From the NCBI GenBank assembly GCA_026770705.1, contig JANJGN010000023.1, positions 10,044,001 to 10,108,000 of the forward strand: DNA of 64,000 bases, given 5' to 3'. This document shows, one piece after another, positions 37,201-52,423 of the stretch (within the stretch, counting starts at the first letter, position 1; each line of letters opens with the position of its first letter). This stretch comes from Isurus oxyrinchus. Taxonomy: Eukaryota. The notes under the pieces are model-generated. The model had not been told where the DNA came from. It was given only the letters and a program-made list of their open reading frames with translations, and did no database searches. A program made the translations under genes and the position numbers.

Positions 37201-38227
37201 TCCAAATCAAAAAGGACACAATAATTTCTAACTTTTAGACATTGCCATGGAGACGAGACGCGTCCAAGAAAAATACACCGGATGCAGGAAATCAGCAATA
37301 AAAACAGAAAATACTCAGCATCTATGAAAACTAAAAATTAGAATCTATCAGGTCAATGATCTTTTATTCTGTTTATCGGCGGAATATCTGCCCCGAGCCG
37401 CCGAACAATGCTGCAATGTTCAGTGTGGATATGAGTCAGTGACATTCAGCAGTTCCTCACACACCAACATATTTAATCAGAGGAGCGACTTCATGCTCTA
37501 CTGAGCTGGCGCCCCTGCTTGTGTTTGTGGTGAGAGCTGGAACTGCAGCTGTAGAGCAGAGCGGGTTCAGCAATGCTGCCGGATCTAAGCGGATACCTGT
37601 CCTGGTTTGTAAACCTCTTGTGGACCATTGTGAGAAAGAAGGGAGATGGAAAGGCGGTTTCCTCCAGTCCAGCTCTTGTGATCGATGGAGGCAGAAATAG
37701 CAGCGTTAACATTAACATTTAGACTGTTATCATTAATATCGATACAATTAAATAATGTGGTCAATATCCCAAATTATAACCAGATTCCAGGGTGATTGTT
37801 TGTGCAGTCGGCGGATATGATCAATCGTTTTATTTCAATTCACCGTTTTACAAATGCCGAGAAGTTCAAAAGTGCAAAACGAAACATTGCGGGAAGCTAC
37901 AATGTTAAAATGTTTTAATTTGATCACATTGTTCAACATGGAATATAATGTAATCTTTTTGTGCTTTGAAGAAAAATAAACGATTGTGAACCACCCCAAA
38001 TGCACATTAGAGTTTTTCTTTTGCTTTCTTCACCTTTAATGTGTTGCTGTATGAGGAGCTGCCGTGAGACACGGGCTAATATCCACAGTGAACATTGCAG
38101 CATTGCTGGGCGCTGCTGAACTTACACACGTGACCATGAACCGAGCGCCGACAGAGAGTTCTGTGTATTTCAGGCAATGACTCCTGGCTGCCGGATGTAA
38201 GTAGAGCCGAGCAGCCGAGCGATGCTG

Positions 38228-38389
38228 TCATGGAACTCTATTCCTAACAGCACAGGGGCTCTACCTCACCACGCGGATTGCAGTGGTTCAAGAATGCTGT
38301 TCACCAGCACCTTCTGAAAGGCAACTAGGGATGGGCAATAAATGCCGGCCCAACCCGCGTAGCCCAAATCCGATAGACGAATAAAAAAA
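38228..38389 (+). mobile_element. LINE 3' fragment in B monomer
   Basis: Same 162-bp segment. Confidence 0.75.
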
Positions 38390-40963
38390 TGTTCACATGA
38401 GTCAGGAAGCTTCAGGGAAACTCCCTCACACTGTCTGCTTCTAAATGTCATCAGAGATTACTGATGAACTAGCAACCTTGTACAGAACTGCTTGCTTCAC
38501 ATCCTGCCTCTTTCACTGCTTCGTGCCAAACTGCATTTCAGAATGAAGCCACATCCTCTTGTATTCCGGAGGGATGTTTATTCTGTTGTGATTTCTTGGT
38601 CTGACTAAATAAATTCAAAACTTTAGACAGCGCCATGGAGACCAAACGCACCCAAGCAAAATACACCGGATGCTGGAAATCTGAATAAAAGCCGTAAAAG
38701 AAGGAAATTCGCAGCATCTATGAAGACAAAAACATGGATTCATTCAAGTCAACGAACTTTCATTCTGTTTATCGGCGGAGTATCCGCCCCGAGCCGCCGA
38801 ACAATGCTGCAATGTTCCGTGAGGATATGAGTCAGTGACATTCAGCAGTTCCTCACACACCAACAAATTTAATCTGACGAGCGACTTCATCTTCCACTGA
38901 GCTGGCGCCCCTCCTTGTGTTTGTGGTGAGAGCTGGAACTGCAGCTGTAGAGCAGAGCGGGATCAGCAATGCTGCCGGATCTGAGCGGAAACCTGCCCTG
39001 GTTTGTAAACCTCTTGTGGACCATTGTGAGAAAGAAGGGAGATGGAAAGGCGGTTTCCTCTAATCCAGCTCTTGTGATCGATGGAGGCAGAAATAGCAGC
39101 GTTAACATTAACATTCAGCAAGTTATCATTAAAATCCCTACAATGAAATATGTTTTGATAATCCAAATTATAACCATAAAGTCATCAAAATCTGCTGATC
39201 AACCGGCAAACTCGTACAGAAGCGCCTGCTTCACAGCCTGACTCTTTTACTGACTAGTGCCAAGCTGCGTTTCAGAATGAAGCCACATCCTCTTGTATCC
39301 CGGCTGGCTGATTATTCTGTTGTATTTTATGGGTCAGTTTCCTGGGTGTCAGTTCTCTGTACTTCTGGGTGGTGATTTCCAGCCCTGCAACATGACTCAA
39401 CTTAGCTACAGCAGCGGTTCCAGCTCCCAGCACGAACACAACCACAGAAGCAGCGCAGGAGAAGTGGGAGACTCTCCTTTAATCCATTTGATATTTTTCT
39501 GTGTGAGGAGCGGCTGAGTGTCGCTGACTCATATCCTCACTGAACATTGCAGCATTACTCGGCAGCTCGGCGCTGCTGAATTTACAGACCCGGCCACGAA
39601 CCGAGCCCAGAGAGAGTGAAATATGTTTTGTGTGTTTCAGGCAATGACTCCTGGCCAGTCAGCAGCAGAGAGGCGGAGGTCGGTTCACTGGGAAAAACGC
39701 TGCTTGGAGTTCATACCGAAACTTTGGTAGAGGCAAATTCCTCGTTTTATTTAACCTCAGTACTGAACTCCTCCTCAGAGCTGTTTCTGTTCATGCGGGG
39801 CGATTTTCATTTTGAAAACGACTGGTTCAATCGCATCAAATCTTCATCTCGTCACCTTTTAAGCGGTGGCAGCGGCTGGAGAAAAAAAAAGACACAAATT
39901 TCACTCATTGCCTGTTCCTCTGAGACCCCCGTCTTCACCGAAACTGAGAAATGTATTTTTTAGTCGTCTGTCGGGAAAATGTTTTGTTCAAATCAAAAAG
40001 GACACCATAATTTCTAAATTTTAGACATTGCCATGGAGACCAGACGCGCCCAAGAAAAATACACCGGATGCTGGAAATCAGCAATAAAAGCAGAAAATAC
40101 TCAGCATCTATGAAAACTAAAAATTGGAATCTATCAGGTCAATGATCTTTTATTCTGTTTATCGGCGGAATATCTGCCCCGAGCCGCCGAACAATGCTGC
40201 AATGTTCAGTGTGGATATGAGTCAGTGACATTCAGCAGTTCCTCACACACCAACATATTTCATCTGAGGAGAGACTTCATTCTCCACTGAGCTGGCGCCC
40301 CTGCTTGTGCTTGTGGTGAGAGCTGGAACTGCAGCTGTAGAGCAGAGCGGGATCAGGAATGCTGCCGGATCCAAGCGGATACCTGTCCTGGTTTGTAAAC
40401 CTCTTGTGGACCATTGTGAGAAAGAAGGGAGATGGAAACGCGGACTCCTCCAGTCCAGCTCTTGTGATCGGTGGAGGCAGAAATAGCAGCGTTAACATTC
40501 AGAATGTTATCATTAAAATTCCTACAATTAAATATGTTTTGATAATCCAAATTATAACCATAAATGTCATCAAAATCTGCTGATCAACCCGCAAACTCAT
40601 ACAGAACTGCCTGCTTCACATCCTGCCTCTTTCACTGACTCGTGCCAAGCTGCATTTCAGAATGAAGCCACATCCTCTTGTATCCCGGCTGGCTGATTAT
40701 TCTGTTGTATTTTATGGGTCAGTTTCCTGGGTGTCAGTTCTCTGTACTTCTGGGTGGTGATTTCCAGCCCTGCAACATGACTCAACGTCGCTACAGCAGC
40801 GGTTCCAGGTCCCAGCACGAACACAACCACAGCAGCAGCACAGGAGATGTGGGAGACTGTCCTTTAATCCATTTGATATGTTTCTGTGTGAGGAGCTGCT
40901 GAGTGTCGCTGACTCATATCCTCACTGAACATTGCAGCATTACTCGGCGGCTCGGCGCTGCTG

Positions 40964-41149
40964 TTTATGAACGAGGAAGAAGTTATTTTTCAACCAGAAT
41001 GTTAAACATGTTGCCAATATGATTTGTTTACATGACCAAAAGCTGCCAATTACTGGCATGTTCCCATTTTAAACTCCTTGGGTCACAATGCTCTTTGCTC
41101 AGTTCTTTGTGTCACAAATGTGTCTGTCCTTTTCATGGGAACAAATTTT
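40964..41149. other. 186-bp insert (copy 3)
   Basis: Same sequence, +15594 bp from copy 1. Confidence 0.95.
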
Positions 41150-43893
41150 GGCCACGAACCGAGCCCAGAGAGAGTGAAAAATATTTTGTGTGTTTCAGGC
41201 AATGACTCCTGTCCAGTCAGCAGCAGAGAGGCGGAGGTCGGTTCAGTGGGAAAAACGCTGCTTGGAGTTCTAACCGAAACTTTGGTTGAGGCAAATTCCT
41301 CTTTTATTTAACCTCAGTACTGAGCTCCTCCTCGGAGCTGTTTATGTTCATGCGGGGCGATTTTCATTTTGAAATCGGCTGGCTCAGCCGCATCAAATAT
41401 TCATCTCGTCATCTTTTAAGCGGTGGCAGCGGCTGGAGAAAAAAAAAGACACAAATGTCACTCATTGCCTGTTCCTCTGAGACCCCCGTCTTCACCGAAA
41501 CTGAGAAATGTACTTTTTAGACGTCTGTCGGGAAAATGTTTTGTTCAAATCAAAAAGGACACCATAATTTCTTAATTTTAGACATTGCCATGGAGACCAG
41601 ACGCGCCCAAGAAAAATACACCGGATACTGGAAATGTGAAATAAAAGCAGAAAATACTCAGCATCTATGAAAACTAAAAATTGGAATCTATCAAGTCAAT
41701 GATCGTTTATTGTGTTTCTCGGCGCAATATCTGCCTCGAAATGCCGAACAATGCTGCAATGTTCAGTGTGGATATGAGTCAGTGACATTCAGCAGTTCCT
41801 CACAACCCAACATATTTAATCTGAGGAGAGACTTCATCCTCCACTGATCAGGCGCCCCTGCTTGTGCTTGTGGTGAGAGCTGGAACTGCAGCTGTCGAGC
41901 AGAGCGGGATCCAAGCGGATACCTGTCCTGGTTTGTAAACCTCTCGTGGACCTTTGTGAGAAAGAAGGGAGATGGAAAGGCGGTTTCCTCTAATCCAGCT
42001 CTTGTGATCGGTGGAGGCAGAAATAGCAGCGTTAACATTAACATTCAGCAAGTTATCATTAAAATCCCTACAATGAAATATGTTTTGATAATCCAAATTA
42101 TAACCATAAAGTCATCAAAATCTGCTGATCAACCGGCAAACTCGTACAGAAGCGCCTGCTTCACAGCCTGACTCTTTTACTGACTAGTGCCAAGCTGCAT
42201 TTCAGAATGAAGCCACATCCTCTTGCATCTCGGCTGGCTGATTATTCTGTTGTATTTTATGGGTCAGTTTCCTGGGTGTCAGTTCTCTGTACTTCTGGGT
42301 GGTGATTTCCAGCCCTGCAACATGACTCAACTTAGCTACAGCAGCGGTTCCAGCTCCCAGCACGAACACAACCACAGAAGCAGCACAGGAGAAGTGGGAG
42401 ACTCTCCTTTAATCCATTTGATATTTTTCTGTGTGAGGAGCTGCTGAGTGTCGCTGACTCATATCCTCACTGAACATTGCAGCATTACTCGGCGGCTCGG
42501 CGCTGCTGAATTTACAGCCCCGGCCACGAACCGAGCCCAGAGAGAGTGAAATATGTTTTGTGTGTTTCAGGCAATGACTCCTGGCCAGACAGCAGCAGAG
42601 AGGCGGAGGTCGGTTCAATGGGAAAAACGCTGCTTGGAGTTCATACCGAAACTTTAGTAGAGGCAAATTCCTCGTTTTATTTAACCTCAGTACTGAGCTC
42701 CTCCTCGGAGCTGTTTCTGTTCATGCGGGGCGATTTTCATTTTGAAAACGACTGGTTCAATCGCATCAAATCTTCATCTCGTCACCTTTTAAGCGGTGGC
42801 AGCGGCTGGAGAAAAAAAACGACACAAATTTCACTCATTGCCTGTTCCTCTGAGACCTCCGTCTTCACCGAAACTGAGAAATGTATTTTTTAGACGTCTG
42901 TCGGGAAAATGTTTTGTTCAAATCAAAAAGGACACCATAATTTCTAAATTTTAGACATTGCCATGGAGACCAGACGCGCCCAAGAAAAATACACCGGATG
43001 CTGGAAATCAGCAATAAAAGCAGAAAATACGCAGCATCTATGAAAACTAAAAATTAGAATCTATCAGGTCAATGATCTTTTATTCTGTTTATCGGCGGAA
43101 TATCTGCCCCGAGCCGCCGAACAATGCTGCAATGTTCAGTGTGGATATGAGTCAGTGACATTCAGCATTTCCTCACACACCGACATATTTAAACTGAGGA
43201 GAGACTTCATCCTCCACTGAGCTGGCGACGCTGCTTGTGTTTGTGGTGAGAGCTGGAACTGCAGCTGTAGAGCAGAGCGGGATCAGCAATGCTGCCGGAT
43301 CCAAGCGGATACCTGTCCTGGTTTGTAAACCTCTTGTGGACCATTGTGAGAAAGAAGGGAGATGGAAACGCGGACTCCTCCAGTCCAGCTCTTGTGATCG
43401 GTGGAGGCAGAAATAGCAGCGTTAACATTCAGAATGTTATCATTAAAATTCCTACAATTAAATATGTTTTGATAATCCAAATTATAACCATAAATGTCAT
43501 CAAAATCTGCTGATCAACCCGCAAACTCATACAGAACTGCCTGCTTCACATCCTGCCTCTTTCACTGACTCGTGCCAAGCTGCATTTCAGAATGAAGCCA
43601 CATCCTCTTGTATCCCGGCTGGTTGATTATTCTGTTGTATTTTATGGGTCAGTTTCCTGGGTGTCAGTTCTCTGTACTTCTGGGTGGTGATTTCCAGCCC
43701 TGCAACATGACTCAACGTCGCTACAGCAGCGGTTCCAGGTCCCAGCACGAACACAACCACAGCAGCAGCACAGGAGATGTGGGAGACTGTCCTTTAATCC
43801 ATTTGATATGTTTCTGTGTGAGGAGCTGCTGAGTGTCGCTGACTCATATCCTCACTGAACATTGCAGCATTACTCGGCGGCTCGGCGCTGCTG

Positions 43894-44079
43894 TTTATGA
43901 ACGAGGAAGAAGTTATTTTTCAACCAGAATGTTAAACATGTTGCCAATATGATTTGTTTACATGACCAAAAGCTGCCAATTACTGGCATGTTCCCATTTT
44001 AAACTCCTTGGGTCACAATGCTCTTTGCTCAGTTCTTTGTGTCACAAATGTGTCTGTCCTTTTCATGGGAACAAATTTT
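43894..44079. other. 186-bp insert (copy 4)
   Basis: Same sequence, +15594 bp from copy 2. Confidence 0.95.
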
Positions 44080-46872
44080 GGCCACGAACCGAGCCCAGAG
44101 AGAGTGAAAAATATTTTGTGTGTTTCAGGCAATGACTCCTGTCCAGTCAGCAGCAGAGAGGCGGAGGTCGGTTCAGTGGGAAAAACGCTGCTTGGAGTTC
44201 TAACCGAAACTTTGGTTGAGGCAAATTCCTCTTTTATTTAACCTCAGTACTGAGCTCCTCCTCGGAGCTGTTTATGTTCATGCGGGGCGATTTTCATTTT
44301 GAAATCGGCTGGCTCAGCCGCATCAAATATTCATCTCGTCATCTTTTAAGCGGTGGCAGCGGCTGGAGAAAAAAAAAGACACAAATGACACTCATTGCCT
44401 GTTCCTCTGAGACCCCCGTCTTCACCGAAACTGAGAAATGTACTTTTTAGACGTCTGTCGGGAAAATGTTTTGTTCAAATCAAAAAGGACACCATAATTT
44501 CTTAATTTTAGACATTGCCATGGAGACCAGACGCGCCCAAGAAAAATACACCGGATACTGGAAATGTGAAATAAAAGCAGAAAATACTCAGCATCTATGA
44601 AAACTAAAAATTGGAATCTATCAAGTCAATGATCGTTTATTGTGTTTCTCGGCGCAATATCTGCCTCGAAATGCCGAACAATGCTGCAATGTTCAGTGTG
44701 GATATGAGTCAGTGACATTCAGCAGTTCCTCACAACCCAACATATTTAATCTGAGGAGAGACTTCATCCTCCACTGATCAGGCGCCCCTGCTTGTGCTTG
44801 TGGTGAGAGCTGGAACTGCAGCTGTCGAGCAGAGCGGGATCCAAGCGGATACCTGTCCTGGTTTGTAAACCTCTCGTGGACCTTTGTGAGAAAGAAGGGA
44901 GATGGAAAGGCGGTTTCCTCTAATCCAGCTCTTGTGATCGGTGGAGGCAGAAATAGCAGCGTTAACATTAACATTCAGCAAGTTATCATTAAAATCCCTA
45001 CAATGAAATATGTTTTGATAATCCAAATTATAACCATAAAGTCATCAAAATCTGCTGATCAACCGGCAAACTCGTACAGAAGCGCCTGCTTCACAGCCTG
45101 ACTCTTTTACTGACTAGTGCCAAGCTGCATTTCAGAATGAAGCCACATCCTCTTGCATCTCGGCTGGCTGATTATTCTGTTGTATTTTATGGGTCAGTTT
45201 CCTGGGTGTCAGTTCTCTGTACTTCTGGGTGGTGATTTCCAGCCCTGCAACATGACTCAACTTAGCTACAGCAGCGGTTCCAGCTCCCAGCACGAACACA
45301 ACCACAGAAGCAGCGCAGGAGAAGTGGGAGACTCTCCTTTAATCCATTTGATATTTTTCTGTGTGAGGAGCTGCTGAGTGTCGCTGACTCATATCCTCAC
45401 TGAACATTGCAGCATTACTCGGCGGCTCGGCGCTGCTGAATTTACAGCCCCGGCCACGAACCGAGCCCAGAGAGAGTGAAATATGTTTTGTGTGTTTCAG
45501 GCAATGACTCCTGGCCAGACAGCAGCAGAGAGGCGGAGGTCGGTTCACTGGGAAAAACGCTGCTTGGAGTTCATACCGAAACTTTAGTAGAGGCAAATTC
45601 CTCGTTTTATTTAACCTCAGTACTGAGCTCCTCCTCGGAGCTGTTTCTGTTCATGCGGGGCGATTTTCATTTTGAAAACGACTGGTTCAATCGCATCAAA
45701 TCTTCATCTCGTCACCATTTAAGCGGTGGCAGCGGCTGGAGAAAAAAAACGACACAAATTTCACTCATTGCCTGTTCCTCTGAGACCCCGTCTTCACCGA
45801 AACTGAGAAATGTATTTTTTAGACGTCTGTCGGGAAAATGTTTTGTTCAAATCAAAAAGGACACCATAATTTCTAAATTTTAGACATTGCCATGGAGACC
45901 AGACGCGCCCAAGAAAAATACACCGGATGCTGGAAATCAGCAATAAAAGCAGAAAATACGCAGCATCTATGAAAACTAAAAATTAGAATCTATCAGGTCA
46001 ATGATCTTTTATTCTGTTTATCGGCGGAATATCTGCCCCGAGCCGCCGAACAATGCTGCAATGTTCAGTGTGGATATGAGTCAGTGACATTCAGCATTTC
46101 CTCACACACCGACATATTTAAACTGAGGAGAGACTTCATCCTCTACTGAGCTGGCGACGCTGCTTGTGTTTGTGGTGAGAGCTGGAACTGCAGCTGTAGA
46201 GCAGAGCGGGATCAGCAATGCTGCCGGATCTAAGCGGATACCTGTCCTGGTTTGTTAACCTCTTGTGGACCATTGGGAGAAAGAAGGGAGATGGAAAGGC
46301 GGTTTCCTCCAGTCCAGCTCTTGTGATCGATGGAGGCAGAAATAGCAGCGTTAACATTAACATTCAGAATGTTATCATTAATATCGATACAATTAAATAA
46401 TGTGGTTAATATCCCAAATTATTACCAGATTCCAGGGTGATTGTTTGTGCAGTCGGCGGATATGATCAATCGTTTTATTTCAATTCACCGTTTTACAAAT
46501 GCCGAGAAGTTCAAAAGTGCAAAACGAAACATTGCGGGAAGCTTCAATGTTAAAATGTTATAATTTGATCACATTGTTCAACATGGAATATAATGTAATC
46601 TTTTTGTGCTTTGAAGAAAAATAAACGATTGTGAGCCACCCCAAATGCACATTAGAGTTTCTCTTTTGCTTTCTTCACCTTTAATATGTTGCTGTATGAG
46701 GAGCTGCCGTGAGACACGGGCTAATATCCACAGTGAACATTGCAGCATTGCTGGGCGCTGCTGAACTTACACCCGTGACCATGAACCGAGCGCCGACAGA
46801 GAGTTCTGTGTATTTCAGGCAATGACTCCTGGCTGCCGGATGTAAGTAGCGCCGAGCAGCCGAGCGATGCTG

Positions 46873-47034
46873 TCATGGAACTCTATTCCTAACAGCACAG
46901 GGGCTCTACCTCACCACGCGGATTGCAGTGGTTCAAGAATGCTGCTCACCAGCACCTTCTGAAAGGCAACTAGGGATGGGCAATTAATGCCGGCCCAACC
47001 CGCGTAGCCCAAATCCGATAGACGAATAAAAAAA
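46873..47034 (+). mobile_element. LINE 3' fragment in B monomer
   Basis: Same 162-bp segment. Confidence 0.75.
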
Positions 47035-49652
47035 TGTTCACAGAAGTCAGGAAGCTTCAGGGAAACTCCCTCACACTGTCTGCTTCTAAATGTCATCAGA
47101 GATTACTGATGAAATAGCAACCTTGTACAGAACTGCTTGCTTCACATCCTGCCTCTTTCACTGCTTCGTGCCAAACTGCATTTCAGAATGAAGCCACATC
47201 CTCTTGTATTCCGGAGGGATGTTTATTCTGTTGTGATTTCTTGGTCTGACTAAATAAGTTCAAAACTTTAGACAGCGCCATGGAGACCAAACGCACCCAA
47301 GCAAAATACACCGGATGCTGGAAATCTGAATAAAAGCCGTAAAAGAAGGAAATTCGCAGCATCTATGAAGACAAAAACATGGATTCATTCAAGTCAACGA
47401 ACTTTCATTCTGTTTATCGGCGGAGTATCCGCCCCGAGCCGCCGAACAATGCTGCAATGTTCCGTGAGCATATGAGTCAGTGACATTCAGCAGTTCCTCA
47501 CACACCAACATATTTAATCTGAGGGGAGACTTCATCCTCCACTGAGCTGGCGCCCCTGCTTGTGCTTGTGGTGAGAGCTGGAACTGCAGCTGTAGAGCAG
47601 AGCGGGATCAGGAATGCTGCCGGATCCTAGCGGAAACCTGTCCTGGTTTGTAAACCTCTTGTGGACCTTTGTGAGAAAGAAGGGAGATGGAAAGGCGGTT
47701 TCCTCCAGTCCAGCTCCTGTGATCGATGGAGGCAGAAATAGCAGCGTTCACATTCAGAATGTTTGGATTAAAATTCCTACAATGAAATATGTTTTGATAT
47801 TCCAAATTATAACCATAAATGTCATCAAAATCTGCTGATCAACCCGCAAACTCATACAGAACTGCCTGCTTCACAGCCTGCCTCTTTCACTGACTCGTGC
47901 CAAGCTGCATTTCAGAATGACGCCACATCCTCTTATATCCCGGCTAGCTGATTATTCTGTTGTATTTTATGGGTCAGTTTCCTGGGTGTCAGTTCTCTGT
48001 ACATCTGGGTGGTGATTTCCAGCCCTGCAACATGACTCAACTTCGCTACAGCAGCGGTTCCAGCTCCCAGCACGAACACAACCACAGCAGCAGCACAGGA
48101 GAAGTGGGAGACTCTCCTTTAATCCATTTGATATGTTTCTGTGTGAGGAGCTGCTGAGTGTCGCTGACTCATATCCTCACTGAACATTTGCAGCATTACT
48201 CGGCAGCTCGGCGCTGCTGAATTTACAGCCCCGGCCACGAACCGAGCCCAGAGGGAGTGAAATATGTTTTGTGTGTTTCAGGCAATGACTCCTGGCCAGT
48301 CAGCAGCAGAGAGGCGGAAGTGGGTTCAGTGGGCAAAACGCTGCTTGGAGTTCTTACCGAAACTTTGGTTGAGGCAAATTCCTCGTTTTATTTAACCTCA
48401 GTACTGAACTCTTCCTCAGAGCTGTTTCTGTTCATGCGGGGCGATTTTCATTTTGAAATCGGCTGGTTCAATCGCATCAAATCTTCATCTCGTCATCTTT
48501 AAAGCGGAGGCAGCGGCTGGAGAAAAAAAAAGACACAAATATCACTCATTGCCTGTTCCTCTGAGACCCCCGTCTTCACCGAAAGTGAGAAATGTATTTT
48601 TTAGACGTCCGTCGGGAAAATGTGTTGACCAAATCAAAAAGGACACCATAATTTCTAAATTTTAGACATTGCCATGGAGACCAGACGCACCCAAGAAAAA
48701 TACACCGGATGTTGGAAATCTGAAATAAAACAGAAAATACGCAGCATCTATCAAAACTAAGTGTTAGAATCTATCAGGTCAATGATCTTTTATTCTGTTT
48801 TCGGCGCAATATCGGCCCCGAGCCGCCGAACAATGCTGCAATGTTCAGTGTGGATATGAGTCAGTGACATTCAGCATTTCCTCACACACCGACATACTTA
48901 AACTGAGGAGAGACTTCATCCTCTACTGAGCTGGCGACGCTGCTTGTGTTTGTGGTGAAAGCTGGAACTGCAGCTGTAGAGCAGAGCGGGATCAGCAATG
49001 CTGCCGGATCTAAGCGGATACCTGTCCTGGTTTGTAAACCTCTTGTGGACCATTGTGAGAAAGAAGGGAGATGGAAAGGCGGTTTCCTCCCGTCCAGCTC
49101 TTGTGATCGATGGAGGCAGAAATAGCAGCGTTAACATTAACATTCAGACTGTTATCATTAATATAGACACAATTAAATAATGTGGTCAATATCCCAAATT
49201 ATAACCAGATTCCAGGGTGATTGTTTGTGCAGTCGGCGGATATGGTCAATCGTTTTATTTCAATTCACCGTTTTACAAATGCCGAGAAGTTCAAAAGTGC
49301 AAAACGAAACATTGCGGGAAGCTTCAATATTAAAATGTTTTAATTTGATCACATTGTTCAACATGGAATATAATGTAATCTTTTTGTGCTTTGAAGAAAA
49401 ATAAACGATTGTGAACCACCCCAAATGCACATTAGAGTTTCTCTTTTGCTTTCTTCACCTTTAATATGTTGCTGTATGAGGAGCTGCCGTGAGACACGGG
49501 CTAATATCCACAGTGAACATTGCAGCATTGCTGGGCGCTGCTGAACTTACACCCGTGACCATGAACCGAGCGCCGACAGGGAGTTCTGTGTATTTCAGGC
49601 AATGACTCCTGGCTGCCGGATGTAAGTAGCGCCGAGCAGCTGAGCGATGCTG

Positions 49653-49814
49653 TCATGGAACTCTATTCCTAACAGCACAGGGGCTCTACGTCACCACGCG
49701 GATTGCAGTGGTTCAAGAATGCTGCTCACCAGCACCTTCTGAAAGGCAACTAGGGATGGGCAATAAATGCCGGCCCAACCCGCGTAGCCCAAATCCGATA
49801 GACGAATAAAAAAA
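49653..49814 (+). mobile_element. LINE 3' fragment in B monomer
   Basis: Same 162-bp segment. Confidence 0.75.
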
Positions 49815-52423
49815 TGTTCACATGAGTCAGGAAGCTTCAGGGAAACTCCCTCACACTGTCTGCTTCTAAATGTCATCAGAGATTACTGATGAACTAGTAA
49901 CCTTGTACAGAACTGCTTGCTTCACATCCTGCCTCTTTCACTGCTTCGTGCCAAACTGCATTTCAGAATGAAGCCACATCCTCTTGTATTCCGGAGGGAT
50001 GTTTATTCTGTTGTGATTTCTTGGTCTGACTAAATAAGTTCAAAACTTTAGACAGCGCCATGGAGACCAAACGCAACCAAGCAAAATACACCGGATGCTG
50101 GAAATCTGAATAAAAGCCGTAAAAGAAGGAAATTCGCAGCATCTATGAAGACAAAAACATGGATTCATTCAAGTCAACGAACTTTCATTCTGTTTATCGG
50201 CGGAGTATCGCCCCGAGCCGCCGAACAATGCTGCAATGTTCCGTGAGGATATGAGTCAGTGACATTCAGCAGTTCCTCACACACCAACATATTTAATCTG
50301 ACGAGCGACTTCATCCTCCACTGAGCTGGCGCCCCTCCTTGTGTTTGTGGTGAGAGATGGAACTGCAGCTGTAGAGCAGAGCGGGATCAGCAATGCTGCC
50401 GGATCTGAGCGGAAACCTGCCCTGGTTTGTAAACCTCTTGTGGACCATTGTGAGAAAGAAGGGAGATGGAAAGGCGGTTTCCTCTAATCCAGCTCTTGTG
50501 ATCGATGGAGGCAGAAATAGCAGCGTTAACATTAACATTCAGCAAGTTATCATTAAAATCCCTACAATGAAATATGTTTTGATAACCCAAATTATAACCA
50601 TTAATCTGCTGATCAACCGGCAAACTCGTACAGAAGCGTCTGCTTCACAGCCTGACTCTTTTACTGACTAGTGCCAAGCTGCATTTCAGAATGAAGCCAC
50701 ATCCTCTTGTATCCCGGCTGGCTGATTATTCTGTTGTATTTTATGGGTCAGTTTCCTGGGTGTCAGTTCTCTGTACTTCTGGGTGGTGATTTCCAGCCCT
50801 GCAACATGACTCAACTTAGCTACAGCAGCGGTTCCAGGTCCCAGCACGAACACAACCACAGAAGCAGCACAGGAGAAGTGGGAGACTCTCCTTTAATCCA
50901 TTTGATATGTTTCTGTGTGAGGAGCTGCTGTGTGTCGCTGACTCATATCCTCACTGAACATTGCAGCATTACTCGGCAGCTCGGCGCAGCTGAATTTACA
51001 GCCCCGGCCACGAACCGAGCCCAGAGAGAGTGAAATATGTTTTGTGTGTTTCAGGCAATGACTCCTGGCCAGTCAGCAGCAGAGAGGCGGTGTTGTGTTC
51101 AGTGGGAAAAACGCTGCTTGGAGCTCTTACCGAAACTTTGGTTGAGGAAAATTCCTCGTTTTATTTAACCTCAGTACTGAACTCCTCCTCAGAGCTATTT
51201 CTGTTCATGCGGGGCGATTTTCATTTTGAAATCGGCTGGTTCAATCGCATCAAATCTTCATCTCGGCATCTTTTAAGCGGAGGCAGCGGCTGGAGAAAAA
51301 AAAGACACAAATTTCACTCATTGCCTGTTCCTCTGAGACCCCCGTCTTCACCGAAACTGAGAAATGTATTTTTTAGACGTCCGTCGGGAAAATGTGTGTC
51401 CAAATCAAAAAGGACACCATAATTTCTAAATTTTAGACATTGCCATGGAGACCAGACGCGCCCAAGAAAAATACACCGGATGTTGGAAATCTGAAATAAA
51501 ACAGAACATACGCAACCTCTATGAAAACTAAATGTTAGAATCTATCAGGTCAATGATCTTTTATTCTGTTCTTCGGCGCAATATCGGCCCCGAGACGCCG
51601 AACAATGCTGCAATGTTCAGTGTGGATATGAGTCAGTGACATTCAGCATTTCCTCACACACCGACATATTTAAACTGAGGAGAGACTTCATCCTCTACTG
51701 AGCTGGCGCCCCTCCTTGTGTTTGTGGTGAGAGCTGGAACTGCAGCTGTAGAGCAGAGCGGGATCAGCAATGCTGCCGGATCCAAGCGGATACCTGTCCT
51801 GGTTTGTAAACCTCTTGTGGACCATTGTGAGAAAGAAGGGAGATGGAAAGGCGGTTTCCTCCAGTCCAGCTCTTGTGATCGATGGAGGAAGAAATAGTAG
51901 CGTTAACATTAACATTCAGAATGTTATCATTAATATCGATAAAATTCAATAATGTGGTCAATATCCCAAATTATAACCAGATTCCAGGGTGATTGTTTGT
52001 GCAGTCGGCGGATATGATCAATCGTTTTATTTCAATTCACCGTTTTACAAATGCCGAGAAGTTCAAAAGTGCAAAACGAAACATTGCGGGAAGCTTCAAT
52101 GTTAAAATGTTTTAATTTGATCACATTGTTCAACATGGAATATAATGTAATCTTTTTGTGCTTTGAAAAAAATAAACGATTGTGAACCACCCCAAATGCA
52201 CATTAGTGTTTGTCCTTACCTTTCCTCACCTTTAATATGTTGCTGTATGAGGAGCTGCCGTGGGACACGGGCTAATATCCATAGTGAACATTGCAGCATT
52301 GCTGGGCGCTGCTGAACTTACACCCGTGACCATGAACCGAGCGCCGACTGAGAGTTCTGTGTGTTTCAGGCAATGACTCCTGGCTGCCGGATGTAAGTAG
52401 CGTCGAGCAGCTGAGCGATGCTG

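Larger units (their letters stand above)
40358..46230 (+). repeat. Second copy of the nested 2,930-bp duplication
   Basis: Offsets 40678/43608 and 41763/44693 equal 2930. Confidence 0.95.
18200..49400 (+). repeat. Tandem duplication of an 11-monomer higher-order unit (period 15,594 bp)
   Basis: ORF and variant offsets are 18275/33869, 19125/34719, 25484/41078 and 29882/45476 (all 15594), then 15593-15592 after two 1-bp indels. The junction lies at ~33740-33860. Confidence 0.95.
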
